Shown here piece after piece: positions 36,670 to 49,429 of a stretch of DNA of 64,000 nt. Position 1 is the stretch's first letter. The number at the start of each line of letters is the position of its first letter. The stretch is from Tubiluchus corallicola. Lineage: Eukaryota; Animalia; Priapulida. The notes under the pieces are model-generated. The model was given only the letters and a program-made list of their open reading frames with translations. It was not told where the DNA came from and made no database searches. The translations under genes were made by a program, and so were the position numbers. The stretch lies in NCBI GenBank assembly GCA_030141605.1, contig JAQGDQ010000235.1:62001-126000 (forward strand), in the 5' to 3' direction.

Positions 36670-37080
36670 GATGGTGTTTAGCTGTTGATAACATCAGATA
36701 TTTTTTACAAAATATACTTGTCTCGACAGCAGAGCTAACTACATTGGCAAAACGGCTCAACATTTCTTGGTAAGAGCATGCGAAAACCTAGCAATTTCCC
36801 ATTTGACAATGAAGCCTTTAATATGTCTCCCATGTACATTAATTTGGATCACATTAACCATTAATCAAATATTAATAGGCCGATATAGTTTCAGTATTAT
36901 TGCCTCTTCTCCTACTGAACCATCCTTGCTTTTCAAGGAGTCTTTTCATCAGGCGTAGCAAACCTTGTCTCAATACTGAAGGCAGTTCTGTACCACCTTT
37001 ATCAATGTTCTAATACGACTTCTCTAGGTTTGTCTAGGTTTATTGTTGTGGTTAGTTTATAATAAATAATAATAATAATA
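36670..37080 (+). mobile_element. Penelope-like element 3-prime end (GIY-YIG endonuclease remnant)
   Basis: YIGKT...VRACENLAISHLTMKPL...FSIIAS...LLFKES...KPCLNTEGSSVP; several frameshifts. Confidence 0.75.
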
Positions 37081-37084
37081 ATAT

Positions 37085-37737
37085 ACTAGCAAAGGCCCCG
37101 CAAAAAATTTTGAGTATAAATACACGTATAATCAATAATACGCGAACACTCTATCTAGTCCTCATTTTTATCAAGCAAAGCCAGCAGTGGCAGCTTTTAC
37201 TGAATTAAAGTTACAAGGTTATAGACAGAGTATAATAGATGACGTCAGAACAATGGCTTTGCGTCAGCAGTTAGGCACCCGCACAATGTTCTCTGTCGCA
37301 CGCAAAGGGTTGCAGGTTCGCGCCTCGCCGAGGTCACTTTTTTTCGCACGGATTCGAACCGAAACCGGTGGAACTTAATGCTCAGGCCTTCCTTCGTTCC
37401 GTAGGCGCGTTGAAAAAAAATCGCGCTACTTTTGTGCGCGGTGAAAAAGTTTTGCCGCAGCGGGGCGCGAACCCGTGCCCCTTGTCATAAGCAATAGTAT
37501 AACTTTTCATACGTTTAGTAGATGCATTGAATACCTGTTTATGTGGTAATTCTCACAGTAATTCACTTTGTAATTCAATTTTCACAGTTTGTCCCTTGCA
37601 AAACTCATTCAACGTAGTCAGAACGCGATGTTTTAATTCAGTTAATGTCTGTAATTTTTTGAATGGATAACTGAACGTGTATAAACTACTTTTCACAAGT
37701 TTCTCATGTTATTTGGCACTTTATATAGCGTGTATAA
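37085..37737. mobile_element. Putative non-autonomous Helitron/Helentron-like element
   Basis: Begins actagcaaaggccccgc and ends cactttatatagcgtgtataat, termini resembling HINE/DINE-type elements; GC-rich core. Single copy in this window. Confidence 0.4.
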
Positions 37738-38753
37738 TTTATTTATTCAGCAAAATCAATTCCAACATAGACAAGAAAACAAGATTGTAAGGTTATAAGG
37801 TTTTATTTATAAGGTTTTAAACATTTTTATAACTACATTTATTAGTTGAAAGAATATGCTACTGATTTTATTTTCCATTTTATTATTATTATTTTATTTT
37901 ATTATTCTATTTTATTATCTGATAGGACAAGATAGACAGGACTTTTACTACAGTTTTAAAAGCTACATTTATACTATACATTCAAGCAAAAAACTGCACT
38001 TCTAGTTAGAATTGATGAATATAAATGAAAACCATAATTTATAAATTACAGAAACATTAGTCAAAATTACAAGACATGTTGAAACAAAAATACAGTGCAG
38101 AAAAAATACAGATATACAAGTTCACAGCATGACAGAAAAAAAATAAAAACTGCATGGATGGGAAGGGAATGAAAATAAGTTATAGTTAGTAGTGTTTGGT
38201 AGTTGGTTTGGTACGGGCAGAAAAAAATATTAAAAACCCCCAAAAAACTGTGCACAGCAAAAAATAAAATAATACAAAATATAAAAATACAATACAAAGT
38301 TTACAACTAAACTAGCTAGCTAATATATAAATATTATACATAAATTATTTACAAGTATACAGATGTAGACAGTCCTTCCTTAGTGTACAAATATTTTAGT
38401 TTGTAACAAAAATTACAAAGCTGAGTTATAATTAGCATTTTGATATAATTACCTGCCTGCATCCTCGAGAATTTTAAAAGATATTTTTATTTGTGTTTTT
38501 GCAACTCACTGCTGAGCAAGTTTTGAGCGCCTGCTGACTGGCCTGGCTTTGGTGGTCTTATCAATACAGGTGCGCGAACGGCTTGCCCTATAGCTTACCT
38601 GACAACAACAGTCCGTACTGCTGTGTCGCTAGGGCGACACTAACTGCCCAGTAGGAGTTTCTCTACTTTCTGTGGTCCATATTCTTTGCCCTTTGTGTGC
38701 ACTATTTGACATGTATGTACTGTATTGTGTTTTGCAAATGTACATTGAATGTA

Positions 38754-39227
38754 CCGTATTTTCCCATGTATAAGAGACCCTTGTGTATAAGAGACCCCTT
38801 CAATTTTTAGGCAAAAATTCTGGAAAAAAGTTTTTTGGTAATGAATAACTTTATTCATCATAGAAATCATTAAATTCCTCATCAAAAATATCAACTGGAG
38901 TCAGACCTTCAGCAATTCCAGCCAGTTCATCATCAGAGGAGTCACTCTGCTCAAAAATGGCATTGTCCTCTTTTGACATTTAAAAAAATAATAACTTACC
39001 CGGTACATTAATTTTATCATTAGAATTTAGCCATGGAGAAGATTTATTGAAAGGAAACTATAATTATTCGAAATAAAACAGTTGTAGAGCACTTATTTCT
39101 TTAAAATCATTAGTGTCAGAATTTATGCATCTTATTGAAAAGACTTACTCCCATGTATAAGAGACCCCTTATTTTTAAAGTGAAAATTCTGAGCAAAAAA
39201 GGGTCTCTTATACACGGGAAATTACGG
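38754..39227. mobile_element. pogo/Tigger-like internally deleted DNA transposon (MITE)
   Basis: TA|ccgtattttcccatgtataagagaccc ... gggtctcttatacacgggaaattacgg|TA terminal inverted repeats; acidic transposase C-terminus remnant on the minus strand (EDNAIFEQSDSSDDE...FNDFYDE*). Confidence 0.85.
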
Positions 39228-39317
39228 TATTTGAGCAATAAATTTAATTGAATTGCAAATTACCACAAATAGCGCTGATAGAGGGCGCCACTAATGGGTA
39301 AACACAGAATCTGCAAA

Positions 39318-39331
39318 ATGGCGGAGGTCAG
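39318..39331 (+). CDS. ZF gene 1, putative exon 1
   Basis: aaaATGGCGGAGGTCAG|gtaagt; conserved in copy 2 (51308-51320) with a 1-nt deletion. Confidence 0.5.
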
Positions 39332-39949
39332 GTAAGTTCACACTTTTTTTTATTAAACCATTGCTTGTTTCTGTGCTGTGGTCCAGAGTGATAGATAAAA
39401 ATAATTGCATTCTAGAGACTCGAAAATGAAAATATTTCGGTTTCAAGAGAGTTTATTCATTTTCCACATTGCATCTTACAATTAGCATTAAAATACAGAT
39501 AATTTTCCATTTGAGTAAATATAAATATGAATAAATGCAGTATTATCAAGAAATTACAGAATGCGGGATATACATGTGCAAATTTCATTACAGAATAATT
39601 TTTTGATGCATACAGTTTGAGCCTAAAAGCATAGCTTGACAGGCCAAACTGTATGTGGAAATCTTAAAAAAAATGGGGGGAGTAGTGAATGAAAGATGAA
39701 ATGGAGCGAGAACTAAGAAAAACTCTGATCATGGTTACAAAGTGTTCGGTATCCTGTTAAACATAGTGTTCTAGACGGTGAAACGTCTAACCTTTTTATA
39801 TTGTTTCATACCATTTGCTATTCATTGATTGTTTTGCCACTTAATTATAAACTCATCTGAATTCATTATACTAATATCTCTCTAGTTATTCATCTTTATT
39901 TTTTTATTTTTTATATGTTGATTATTATAATTTTCCTTGTCTGTACTTG

Positions 39950-41200
39950 TCAGGTGCAAGTCTCTTCCTCACATCTACTAACTATTCAACTTTACAACAT
40001 CGCACTAACAACGAACTAAAAAAGATTGATGACTGGATGAAAGCAAATAAATTACCTGTTAATTACAATAAAACTAGGTATATGTTAATCAGTAGGAACC
40101 TTTCACAACAAGACTTTCACTTTCGAACTCAAAATTGGCAACATAATTTTAACACAAAGTAGTAGTATAAAATACCTTGGGTTGCATATTGACAACAATA
40201 TGAAGTGGTCTATCCACATTTTCTCTACAGCTACAAAATTAAACAAAACAGCTGGTATTTTTGCAAAGTTAAGACATTTTATTAATTTGCCTGTTTTGAA
40301 AATGATCTACCATGCATTAGTCTATCCGTACCTCCAATACTGTGTGTTGTCATGGTGGCAAACAAAAAAATACTTATTACAACCACTAATAACAGTTCAG
40401 AATAAAATAGTTAAATACATGACTTTCGCCAATTACAGAGACCATGCAACACCATCATACATACACCTTAGTTTATTGAAAATAGAAGATATTTATAATC
40501 TTGAATTATTTAAGTTCATGTATAAGTATAATAACCGGCAGTTGCCTGAATTATATACTAACTACTTTACCTTAATCAAAGATGTTCACTCTCACTATAC
40601 TAGGTCTTCCAGTATGGGACACTATTTTCAAATACGATTTAACACAGCGTATGGCTTAAATACCTTACAGCATAGTGGAGTTATTTTGTGGAATAGTGTA
40701 CCCAATACAATCATTTCCTCTCCTTCTTTACAAATAGCTACCAAACAATATAAGATATTTTTACTTAGTAAATATTCATTGGCGTAGAAAACCAGAGGTT
40801 CTTTCTCTTTTTTGTGCACGTGTGTCTTTTTGCACTAATGTTTTTCTTTTACTAATAGGTACCATTACGACCTTTGTTACTTTATTAATAAAAGGCATAA
40901 ATCTATTTAAATGAAATTATTCATTCATCGCAGCCTATATCATTATCGTAATTACATATTATGTTTTCCTTATGTTTCCTTGCTATTGTTACATCATTTA
41001 CTTTATTACATCAATTACATTAAGTTATCTACAAAAGCACGCATAACTTTAATAATTTTTTCATCTTCATTTAAGTAAGGTGAGTGTGTTAATGACCGTA
41101 TGGTCGTGCACTCACCTCACACTACTCAAATCATTTTATTTATTGTTTATTTATGTGTACAATATTGTAATTGATGTGTGAAAATAAAATTCATAGTAGT
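39950..41200 (+). mobile_element. 5-prime-truncated CR1/L2-like LINE in ZF gene 1 intron 1
   Basis: DWMKANKL, KYLG, LVYPYLQYC; related to the 34650 element; absent from copy 2. Confidence 0.85.
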
Positions 41201-41839
41201 AGTCACAGTAGGTAATATAATTTCCTTTAAATTTGGATAGCGGTACTTGACCTGGTGATGATTTACTCATGACTTGACATTGCTTCATATTTTTTGCTTC
41301 TTATGTTGGGTTAAAATTCTTGATTTATATGTAATCATTAGTTTTGTTTTTAATGAGTTTAAATTTTCCGTTTTGTTTGCTAATTTAAATTTTGCCTCTT
41401 CTCATTGGCAAATTTATTTCCTGTTTCTAAATTTAAACTCATTTGAACTTGTTGCCTCATTTATTTTTATTTTGTTAAGTTTTTGATTATTTTCATTTGT
41501 ACATACCTTACTTGACAGGTCACTTAATTTTCTTCAGTTTGGATAGGGGTGGTTGACTCGGTGACCCTTGGTGTTTTCGCCACCCCATCTCTTTTCTGTC
41601 TTTATTTTAGTTTTTACTTTTCGTTTATGTTTATTTTGTAACATTCAGAGACAAATAAATTTTTTACTTACTTACTTTGTTCGTTTTCGCTACGCTGACA
41701 CCAACTTTTAAAAAATATTTAATGCGAGGTTGTGAGGTATATTTTCAATTTTCTTTTTCTTTACATCAGTGTGTAGATAAATGACACATCTTTCTATTGG
41801 AGAACTTGTTTCAGTGATACTTTTGATTTGAGCAATTAG

Positions 41840-41977
41840 GGAACCTGTTAAAAAAGAACCGCCTAAACTGCAAAATACCCGCGAGGGCCAACCGTTAGAT
41901 GCATCATCAAACAGTTGCTTTGAGGCATTATTGAGAAGAGTTCCGAGTTCAATTCTAGGTCCCTATAACTTAGTAAG
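41840..41977 (+). CDS. ZF gene 1, putative exon 2
   Basis: 138 nt, phase 2-2, donor |gtaagt; EPVKKEPPKLQNTREGQPLDASSNSCFEALLRRVPSSILGPYNLV. The copy-2 equivalent has TCA>TAA. Confidence 0.45.
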
Positions 41978-42324
41978 GTAAGTATGTCTTTGTAAAAAAG
42001 GCCTATGACAAATTGTTTGAGACCAGATTCTAGTGATTAAATTTTCATTATTTATCTAATAACAACATTACTTACACAGGATTGCTGACCTTGGTAACCT
42101 TGACTTTAGTTCTTTGCCACCCTTTTGCCAGTCGGTTTAAAACTATGTCTTGAATACACTAATCATTATAATCATATTATTGTTTTATATGCTGTTTTTA
42201 AGTAAAAAAAAGGTGTTAAATGAAGGTGCTTATTTACTTACTGACACAGTTGAACAAAGCCATGGAATAAACTAGGGTATGCATTGGTGCTGCTTAAGAA
42301 ACTAATTTGGAGTTTATGTAAAAG

Positions 42325-43992
42325 CAACAGGGGTGGGGCAGGCAGAGGGACAATTGCCACCGTTGCTTATTGTGAGCACACCGACTTTGTATAACAGGGG
42401 GTGGGAGAGGTAGAGGGACAATTGCCCCCTTGCATTATTGTAAGCACACCGACTTTGTATAACAGGGATGGGGCAGGCAGAGGGACAATTGCCACCGTTT
42501 CTTATTGTGAGCACACCGACTTTGTATAACAGGGGGTGGGAGAGGTAGAGGGACAATTGCCCCCTTGCATTATTGTAAGCACACCGACTTTGTATAACAG
42601 GGGGTGGGAGAGGTAGAGGGACAATTGCCCCCTTGCATTATTGTAAGCACACCGACTTTGTATAACAGGGGGTGGGAGAGGTAGAGGGACAATTGCCCCC
42701 TTGCATTATTGTAAGCACACCGACTTTGTATAACAGGGGTGGGGCGGGCAGAGGGACAATTGCTACCGTTGCTTATTGTGAGCACACCGACTTTGTATAA
42801 CAGGGGGTGGGAGAGGTAGAGGGACAATTGCCCCCTTGCATTATTGTAAGCACACCGACTTTGTATAACAGGGGGTGGGAGAGGTAGAGGGACAATTGCC
42901 CCCTTGCATTATTGTAAGCACACCGACTTTGTATAACAGGGGTGGGGCAGGCAGAGGGACAATTGCCACCGTTGCTTATTGTGAGCACACCGACTTTGTA
43001 TAACAGGGGGTGGGAGAGGTAGAGGGACAATTGCCCCCTTGCATTATTGTAAGTACACCGACTTTGTATAACAGGGGGTGGGAGAGGTAGAGGGACAATT
43101 GCCCCCTTGCATTATTGTAAGCGCACCGACTTTGTATAACAGGGGTGGGGCAGGCAGAGGGACAATTGCCACCCTTGCATTATTGTAAGCACACCGACTT
43201 TGTATAACAGGGAGTGGGAGAGGCAGAGGGACAATTGCCACCCTTGCATTATTGTAAGCACACCGACTTTGTATAACAGCGGGGGGGGGGGGGGTAGGCA
43301 GAGGGACAATTGCCACCCTTGCATTATTGTAAGCACACCGATTTTGTATAACATAACAGCGGGGGGGTAGGCAGAGGGACAATTGCCACCCTTGCATTAT
43401 TGTAAGCACACCGACTTTGTATAACAGGGGGTGGGAGAGGTAGAGGGACAATTGCCCCCTTGCATTATTGTAAGCACACCGACTTTGTATAACAGGGGTG
43501 GGGCAGGCAGAGGGACAATTGCCACCCTTGCATTATTGTAAGTGCACAACTCTGAATAACAGGGGGTGAGGGAGGCAGAGGGACAATTGCCACCCTTGCA
43601 TTATTGTAAGCACACGACTTTGTATAACAGCGGGGGGGGGGGGGTAGGCAGAGGGACAATTGCCACCCTTGCATTATTGTAAGCACACCGACTTTCTATA
43701 ACAGCGGTGGGGGGGGAGGGGGGTAGGCAGAGGGACAATTGCCACCCTTGCATTATTGTAAGCACACCGACTTTGTATAACAGCGGGGGGGGGGGGGGGT
43801 AGGCAGAGGGACAATTGCCACCCTTGCATTATTGTAAGCACACCGACTTTGTGTAACAGCGGGGGGTAGGCAGAGGGACAATTGCCACCCTTGCATTATT
43901 GTAAGCACACCGACTTTGTCTAACAGGGGGTGGGAGAGGCAGAGGCACAATTGCCACCCTTGCATTATTGTAAGAACACCGACTTTGTATAA
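42325..43992. repeat. 67-69-bp G-rich minisatellite, about 24 copies, in the intron before ZF array 1
   Basis: Unit gggacaattgccacccttgcattattgtaagcacaccgactttgtataacagggggtgggagaggcaga. Confidence 0.95.
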
Positions 43993-44332
43993 GGAGTACA
44001 AAAATAGGAAGAAATAAGAAAGGATAAAAGAGAAAAAATGGTCAGAAAATGAAATTATCTCTTAGCTATTTGCTCCGTTTTCACTTATTAACATTCAGAA
44101 ATGTAGAATTGTAGATTCTAGATGTAGATATTTGTAATTGCAAATTGCTTTTGTGTCAATAAACTAATGTTTCTAGACGGTGTTCTTAAATCTTAAACCT
44201 GTTACATAGTCTTAATAACGATATCCAATACGGATGTTGCATTTTTAACTGTAAATTTTAGTTTTCCTTTCTTTTTGATACAGGTGTTGCCTCCTGCACT
44301 GAACTGAAGTCTCGGAGCTGTGATCTCTGCTC

Positions 44333-45463
44333 TTGGGGAAGCTAGTCTCACAGTTATGCAAAAACTCCCTTAAAGCTTGTAGCTGTGGTCAGTGCAAGAA
44401 ATCATTTTCTCAGCAAAGTCATCTTCTCACGCACCTGAACATTCATACTGGAATGAAGCCCCACAAATGTGACGTATGTGACAAATCATTTGCTCAGCGA
44501 GGTCATCTTCTCAGGCACATGAACACTCACACTGGATTGAAACCCCACAAATGTGACTTATGTGACAAATCATTTTCTCAGCGCGGTGATCTTCTCAGTC
44601 ACATGAACACTCATACTGGAATGAAACCCCACAAATGTGACTTATGTGACAAATCATTTACTCAGCGAGGTCATCTTCTCAGTCATATGAACACTCATAC
44701 TGGAATGAAACCCCACAAATGTGATTTATGTGACAAATCTTTTTCTAAGCGAGGTGATCTTCTCAGGCACATGAACACTCATACTGGAATGAAACCCCAC
44801 AAATGTGATTTATGTGACAAATCATTTTCTCGGCGAAGTAGTCTTCTCAGGCACATGACGACTCATACTGGAATGAAACCCCACAAATGTGATTTATGTG
44901 ACAAATCATTTTCTCGGCAAGGTAGTCTTCTCAGTCACATGAACACTCATACTGGAATGAAACCCCACAAATGTGACTTATGTGACAAATCATTTTCTCA
45001 GCGAGGTAATCTTCTCACGCACATAAACACTCATACTGGAATGAAACCCCACAAATGTGACTTATGTGACAAATCATTTTCTCAGCGAGGTCATCTTTTC
45101 AGTCACATGAACACTCATACTGGAATGAAACCCCACAAATGTTACATATGTGACAAATCATTTTCTCGCCATGATCATCTTTGCGTGCACATGAACGTTC
45201 ATACTGGAATGAAACCACACAGATGTGACTTATGTAACAAATCATTTTCTCAGCGAGGTAGTCTTCTCACGCACATGAACACTCACACTGGAATGAAGCC
45301 ACACAGATGTGACTTATGTGACAAATCATTTTCTCAGCAAAGTAATCTTGTCACGCACATGAACACTCATACTGGAATGAAACCCCACAAATGTGACTTA
45401 TGTGACAAATCATTTTCTGGGCAAGGTAATCTTGTCAGGCACATGAGTGTTCATACAGCATAG
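44333..45463 (+). CDS. C2H2 zinc-finger array protein 1 (13 fingers)
   Basis: 28-aa repeats CDLCDKSFxxxxxLLxHMNTH with TGMKPH linkers; strong acceptor at 44283; first in-frame ATG at 44453. The 5-prime connection is uncertain. Confidence 0.9.
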   Translation: MGKLVSQLCKNSLKACSCGQCKKSFSQQSHLLTHLNIHTGMKPHKCDVCDKSFAQRGHLLRHMNTHTGLKPHKCDLCDKSFSQRGDLLSHMNTHTGMKPHKCDLCDKSFTQRGHLLSHMNTHTGMKPHKCDLCDKSFSKRGDLLRHMNTHTGMKPHKCDLCDKSFSRRSSLLRHMTTHTGMKPHKCDLCDKSFSRQGSLLSHMNTHTGMKPHKCDLCDKSFSQRGNLLTHINTHTGMKPHKCDLCDKSFSQRGHLFSHMNTHTGMKPHKCYICDKSFSRHDHLCVHMNVHTGMKPHRCDLCNKSFSQRGSLLTHMNTHTGMKPHRCDLCDKSFSQQSNLVTHMNTHTGMKPHKCDLCDKSFSGQGNLVRHMSVHTA

Positions 45464-46068
45464 ACATGGCAGTGGGCAGCATGTTTACCTTGGTGTAGAT
45501 AAATTACAATTTAATCATTTCAGTGTAAATCAAGCATTCAGGTCAAGTTGTACTGAGTCAATGCATTATAGGGGGCACCTTGTAATCATGATAGTCATCT
45601 GTTGTAAAAACAAGGAGACTAAATGATTGCTGGTCAACCATTAAAACACTAAAGCTGTTAGTCAGTCATTCATTAATTATGTGAATGAATGACTCAATGG
45701 AAAAAAGAGAAAACAAAGTGAAATAAAGATTTACTGACTAGCAAACTATTTAACTGACTGTTGGAGTGAATAACCGACTTGATGACTAACTGAGTGACTT
45801 GCTTGTTGGCTGGTGGTGGTGTGAATAACTGACTCTCTGACTTACTGACTGACTGACTGGCTGGTTGACTAGTTCAGTGGCTAGCTGGCTGATGAACAAA
45901 GGAACAACAAGCCAACGTTGAAGCTTAGGTTCAGTTTGTGAAATTAGGGTTAGGATTTGAAAAATATGTATGTTAATTTTAGCTGGAAAAGTATTCGTTT
46001 GCTAAAGGCAATGTGTCAAAGTAATGCTCATAATGAAGGAATATATTGTGAAACTTTGTGACACTGTT

Positions 46069-46511
46069 TGACTTATTTTAATGTATTTGCAGGACATGTG
46101 TCGGTGCAACATTGACTTATTTTAATGTATTTGCAGTACATGTGTTGGTGCAGCATTGACTTATTTTAATGTATTTGTAGTACATGTTTTGGTGCAACAT
46201 TGACTTATTTTAATGTATTTGCGGGACGTGTGTTGGTGCAACATTGACTTATTTTAATGCATTTGCAGGACATGTGTTGGTGCTACATTGACTTATTTTA
46301 ATGTATTTGCGGGACATGTGTTGGTGCAGCATTGACTTATTTTAATGTATTTGCAGGTCATGTGTTGGTGCAACATTGACTTATTTTAATGTATTTGCAG
46401 GACATGTGTTGGTGCAACATTGACTTATTTTAATGCATTTGCAGGACATGTGTTGGTGCAACATTGACTTATTTTAATGCATTTGCAGGACATGTGTTGG
46501 TGCAACATTGA
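46069..46511. repeat. 44-bp minisatellite, about 10 copies
   Basis: Unit tgacttattttaatgtatttgcaggacatgtgttggtgcaacat. Confidence 0.95.
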
Positions 46512-47419
46512 TGCAAAACTTTTATTATTTTACTGGCCTGTATTTCATAAACTTTCTAAAAAGCATTTTGTATTATACATTCACAGAGTTGTAACTTTGC
46601 TTTTTCTCGTTGCCAATTGGGAAAAGGGATATACCATCTCCCCTTGCATGGGTTAAATTTCAACTACAAAAATATCTAAAGAAACTGATGGAAAACATGA
46701 ATAAACACGTGTTGTGGAGATCCACTAGAATTAAATACAATATTGTAGAATGTTCTATAGTAGAACAATCTTCTTACCTTGTAGAAGTTTCGAGAACTTT
46801 CTATTTTTAGATTGTTCGTTGGCACTCATATATAAGGCAGAGCTGGCCACTAGAGATTATTCTCTCACATTCTCTTGTATTCTCATATTCTAAGATACGC
46901 TTTCACGTTTCCAGATTATCGCATTTACTGTAAACATTTCGCGTTCCTTCATACTTTTGGGTTATAGAATTCTTGCATAATAAACCTGTTTAATTTGACG
47001 ATATGTTTTCTGGATTTCTCTACGAGCCTTCCAAGAGAAGCAAAATGCAACAACACAATATTTTAATAAGTACAATAGGACAATGTCGTGACACCAACAC
47101 TCCCGTGAGTTGTTAAATGGATAACATTTTGTCTCTAACTGATAATCCTGTTAATGTAGACAAGGCAAACCATTTAAACGTGTCTTCACTGCTGAAATGA
47201 ATCCTTCACTTAAGTTCCCTCAACCATAATCAATGAATACACCCAGTATATCAGAACGGATAGGAGCAGGTTATCATTGGTTATCAGTATGGACCTCATT
47301 GCAGGTTATCCGCTCAAAGACTTCTTGTAGAAATTAGAAGATGGAGGCAGAGGCTGTAATATGCACACGTCTGTGACTGTGCGCTGGGTCCACATGGTGC
47401 AGTTGAAGATGAAGAGCAA

Positions 47420-48195
47420 GCGAACTAATGAAATTGCTGAAATAGTTATAGAAACACCATTGAGTAAAACAGACCAGATAGAAATAAATGAAATAGTCCG
47501 ACAGGGAACAGTGCTGGGACCATTACTATGTTGTGCTGCAATAAACCGGATTAATGAGATGGTGATAACACGGACTGTAATGGGCAGGAATATACATGTG
47601 GGTATGTTATTATTCATTGGCGATATTTTGGGAATAGGACAGGAAACTATAATCAAACAGATGATTAAAAACTATCAAAAATTGAAAGAACCAAAAGATT
47701 ATCATTCAATATACAGAAACAATATATGAGAACAAACATGACACGAAAGAAAAGGACTCCAGAATTACGTGAGTCACTAAGGAACGGAGAGGTTAAGGAA
47801 GCAGAGGAATACCAATATTTGGGAGATTAGATTAATACAAAATGTAGTTATGAAACAATGTTGGGAAAACGAACCGGGAAAAATAAAATGATAATTAGTT
47901 ACATCAATACAATAGGAGGTGAGCTGAAAGTGGGAAATTGCTCAATAGGGGTGAAACTAATGCAGTACGAGCTTATTTCAGTGAGTGCAGTGCTAAATAG
48001 TTCTGAGACATGGTCAAATTTGACAACAACTGATTGGGAGAAATTAGAAATGATTCAAGCAAATGCTTTAAATTAGAAATTAGACATTAAATTGTACAAG
48101 ACAACCAAAAGATCAGCGTTATAGAAAAATAGACTTTACACCCTATAAAGGTGCCCACCTCTGATAGGTGGAGAGAGTCGAGTATCGCAATCGCA
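47420..48195 (+). mobile_element. Degenerate non-LTR RT fragment inserted in the 79-bp repeat of copy 1
   Basis: EIVRQGTVLGPLLC, LLFIGDI (degenerate FxDD), YQYLG and SETWSNL; absent from copy 2. Confidence 0.8.
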
Positions 48196-48438
48196 AAGTG
48201 GAGGCAGAGGCAATGACATACATACATATGTGACTGTGCACTGGGTCCACACGGTGCAGTTCAAGATGAAGAGCAAGTGGAGGAAGAGGCTACAACATGC
48301 ACACATATGTGACTGTGCACTGGGTCCATACGGTGCAGTTCAAGATGAAGAGCAAGTGGAGGCAGAGGCTACGACATACACACGTATGTGACTGTGCACT
48401 GGGTCCATACGGTGCAGTTCAAGATGAAGAGCAAGTGC
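48196..48438. repeat. 79-bp minisatellite, about 3 copies (plus one unit at 47343-47420)
   Basis: Unit tgtgactgtgcactgggtccatacggtgcagttcaagatgaagagcaagtggaggcagaggctacgacatacacacgt(a/c). Confidence 0.9.
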
Positions 48439-49429
48439 TATGTCATTGGAAAAAACTGCATTTGTCAGAAACAAGACCGTTTTTAACGATATTAACAAGG
48501 ACTCTATTAAATATTTTCAGTCTTCAGGACAGTAAGCTACTCTTCAATTTCGTAACTGATTGTTTCAGGTAATTTTAATTGTTATTTAATCAATTTGTTT
48601 ATTGTTTTGTTAGACTAATTTCCTCTTTGTTAGTTCTTGCCCTTGGTACTTGTAATTATTTGTCAATAAATCTAATCTAATCTAATCTCAGAATTTAATC
48701 TAAAGTCATAAAAATAAATATTATACATGTGTCAGTACTATGTATGATGCATTTCTTTGTTTCTGTGATGCCTTGTCAGCATTAATCTTGAGTACAGCAG
48801 ATCTGCTTCTGAGAATTTTCAGTATGAAAAAAACGCTATAGTCGTGTTAGTTTATTACAGCAATTTGTTGTGCCATCATAATTGTAGAATCAATTCTTTA
48901 GTAAGCAAAATCTTCTTAACGTAATTTAAAATCATTAAAAGTTACTATGGCACTTCATTTTCTGTTGTACTCCATGTGCGAATGATTCAACAGGACGGGT
49001 TAAAAACATCGTCTAATGACACTAGTTGACTGCCATTACGTTGCAACAACATGATGGAAAACTTTATGATCTGTGATATATGTCTCTGATAGGTGCAGAT
49101 ATCTGAAATTACATTTATCTTAATTAGCATATTCAGAAATTCCTGTTGCTTAGTGGAATCATGGAGTTGGATAAAATTGCTGTAGTCCTGAATAATTAAA
49201 TGGTACATACATAAAATATAAACAGTGTTTTATAAGTCAAAGCACCAGTCCTGGGTTTTGTCGCTGTGGTGACAGTCTGATTGTATGCCAGTTGCAGTTA
49301 AAGCTCATTTTTATTCTACTTTGTTAATTGCCATGTAACTAACTGTAGCCTGTAAATCTTTGTTTTTTTAAATATTTGACTGGAATAATTTGATAAAGTA
49401 AAAGTAATAATATATATATATTATAATAA

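Noticed and set aside
44333-45463. Calling the ZF genes PRDM9
   Set aside because: No PR/SET, KRAB or SSXRD exons were found; only the pattern of variation is similar.
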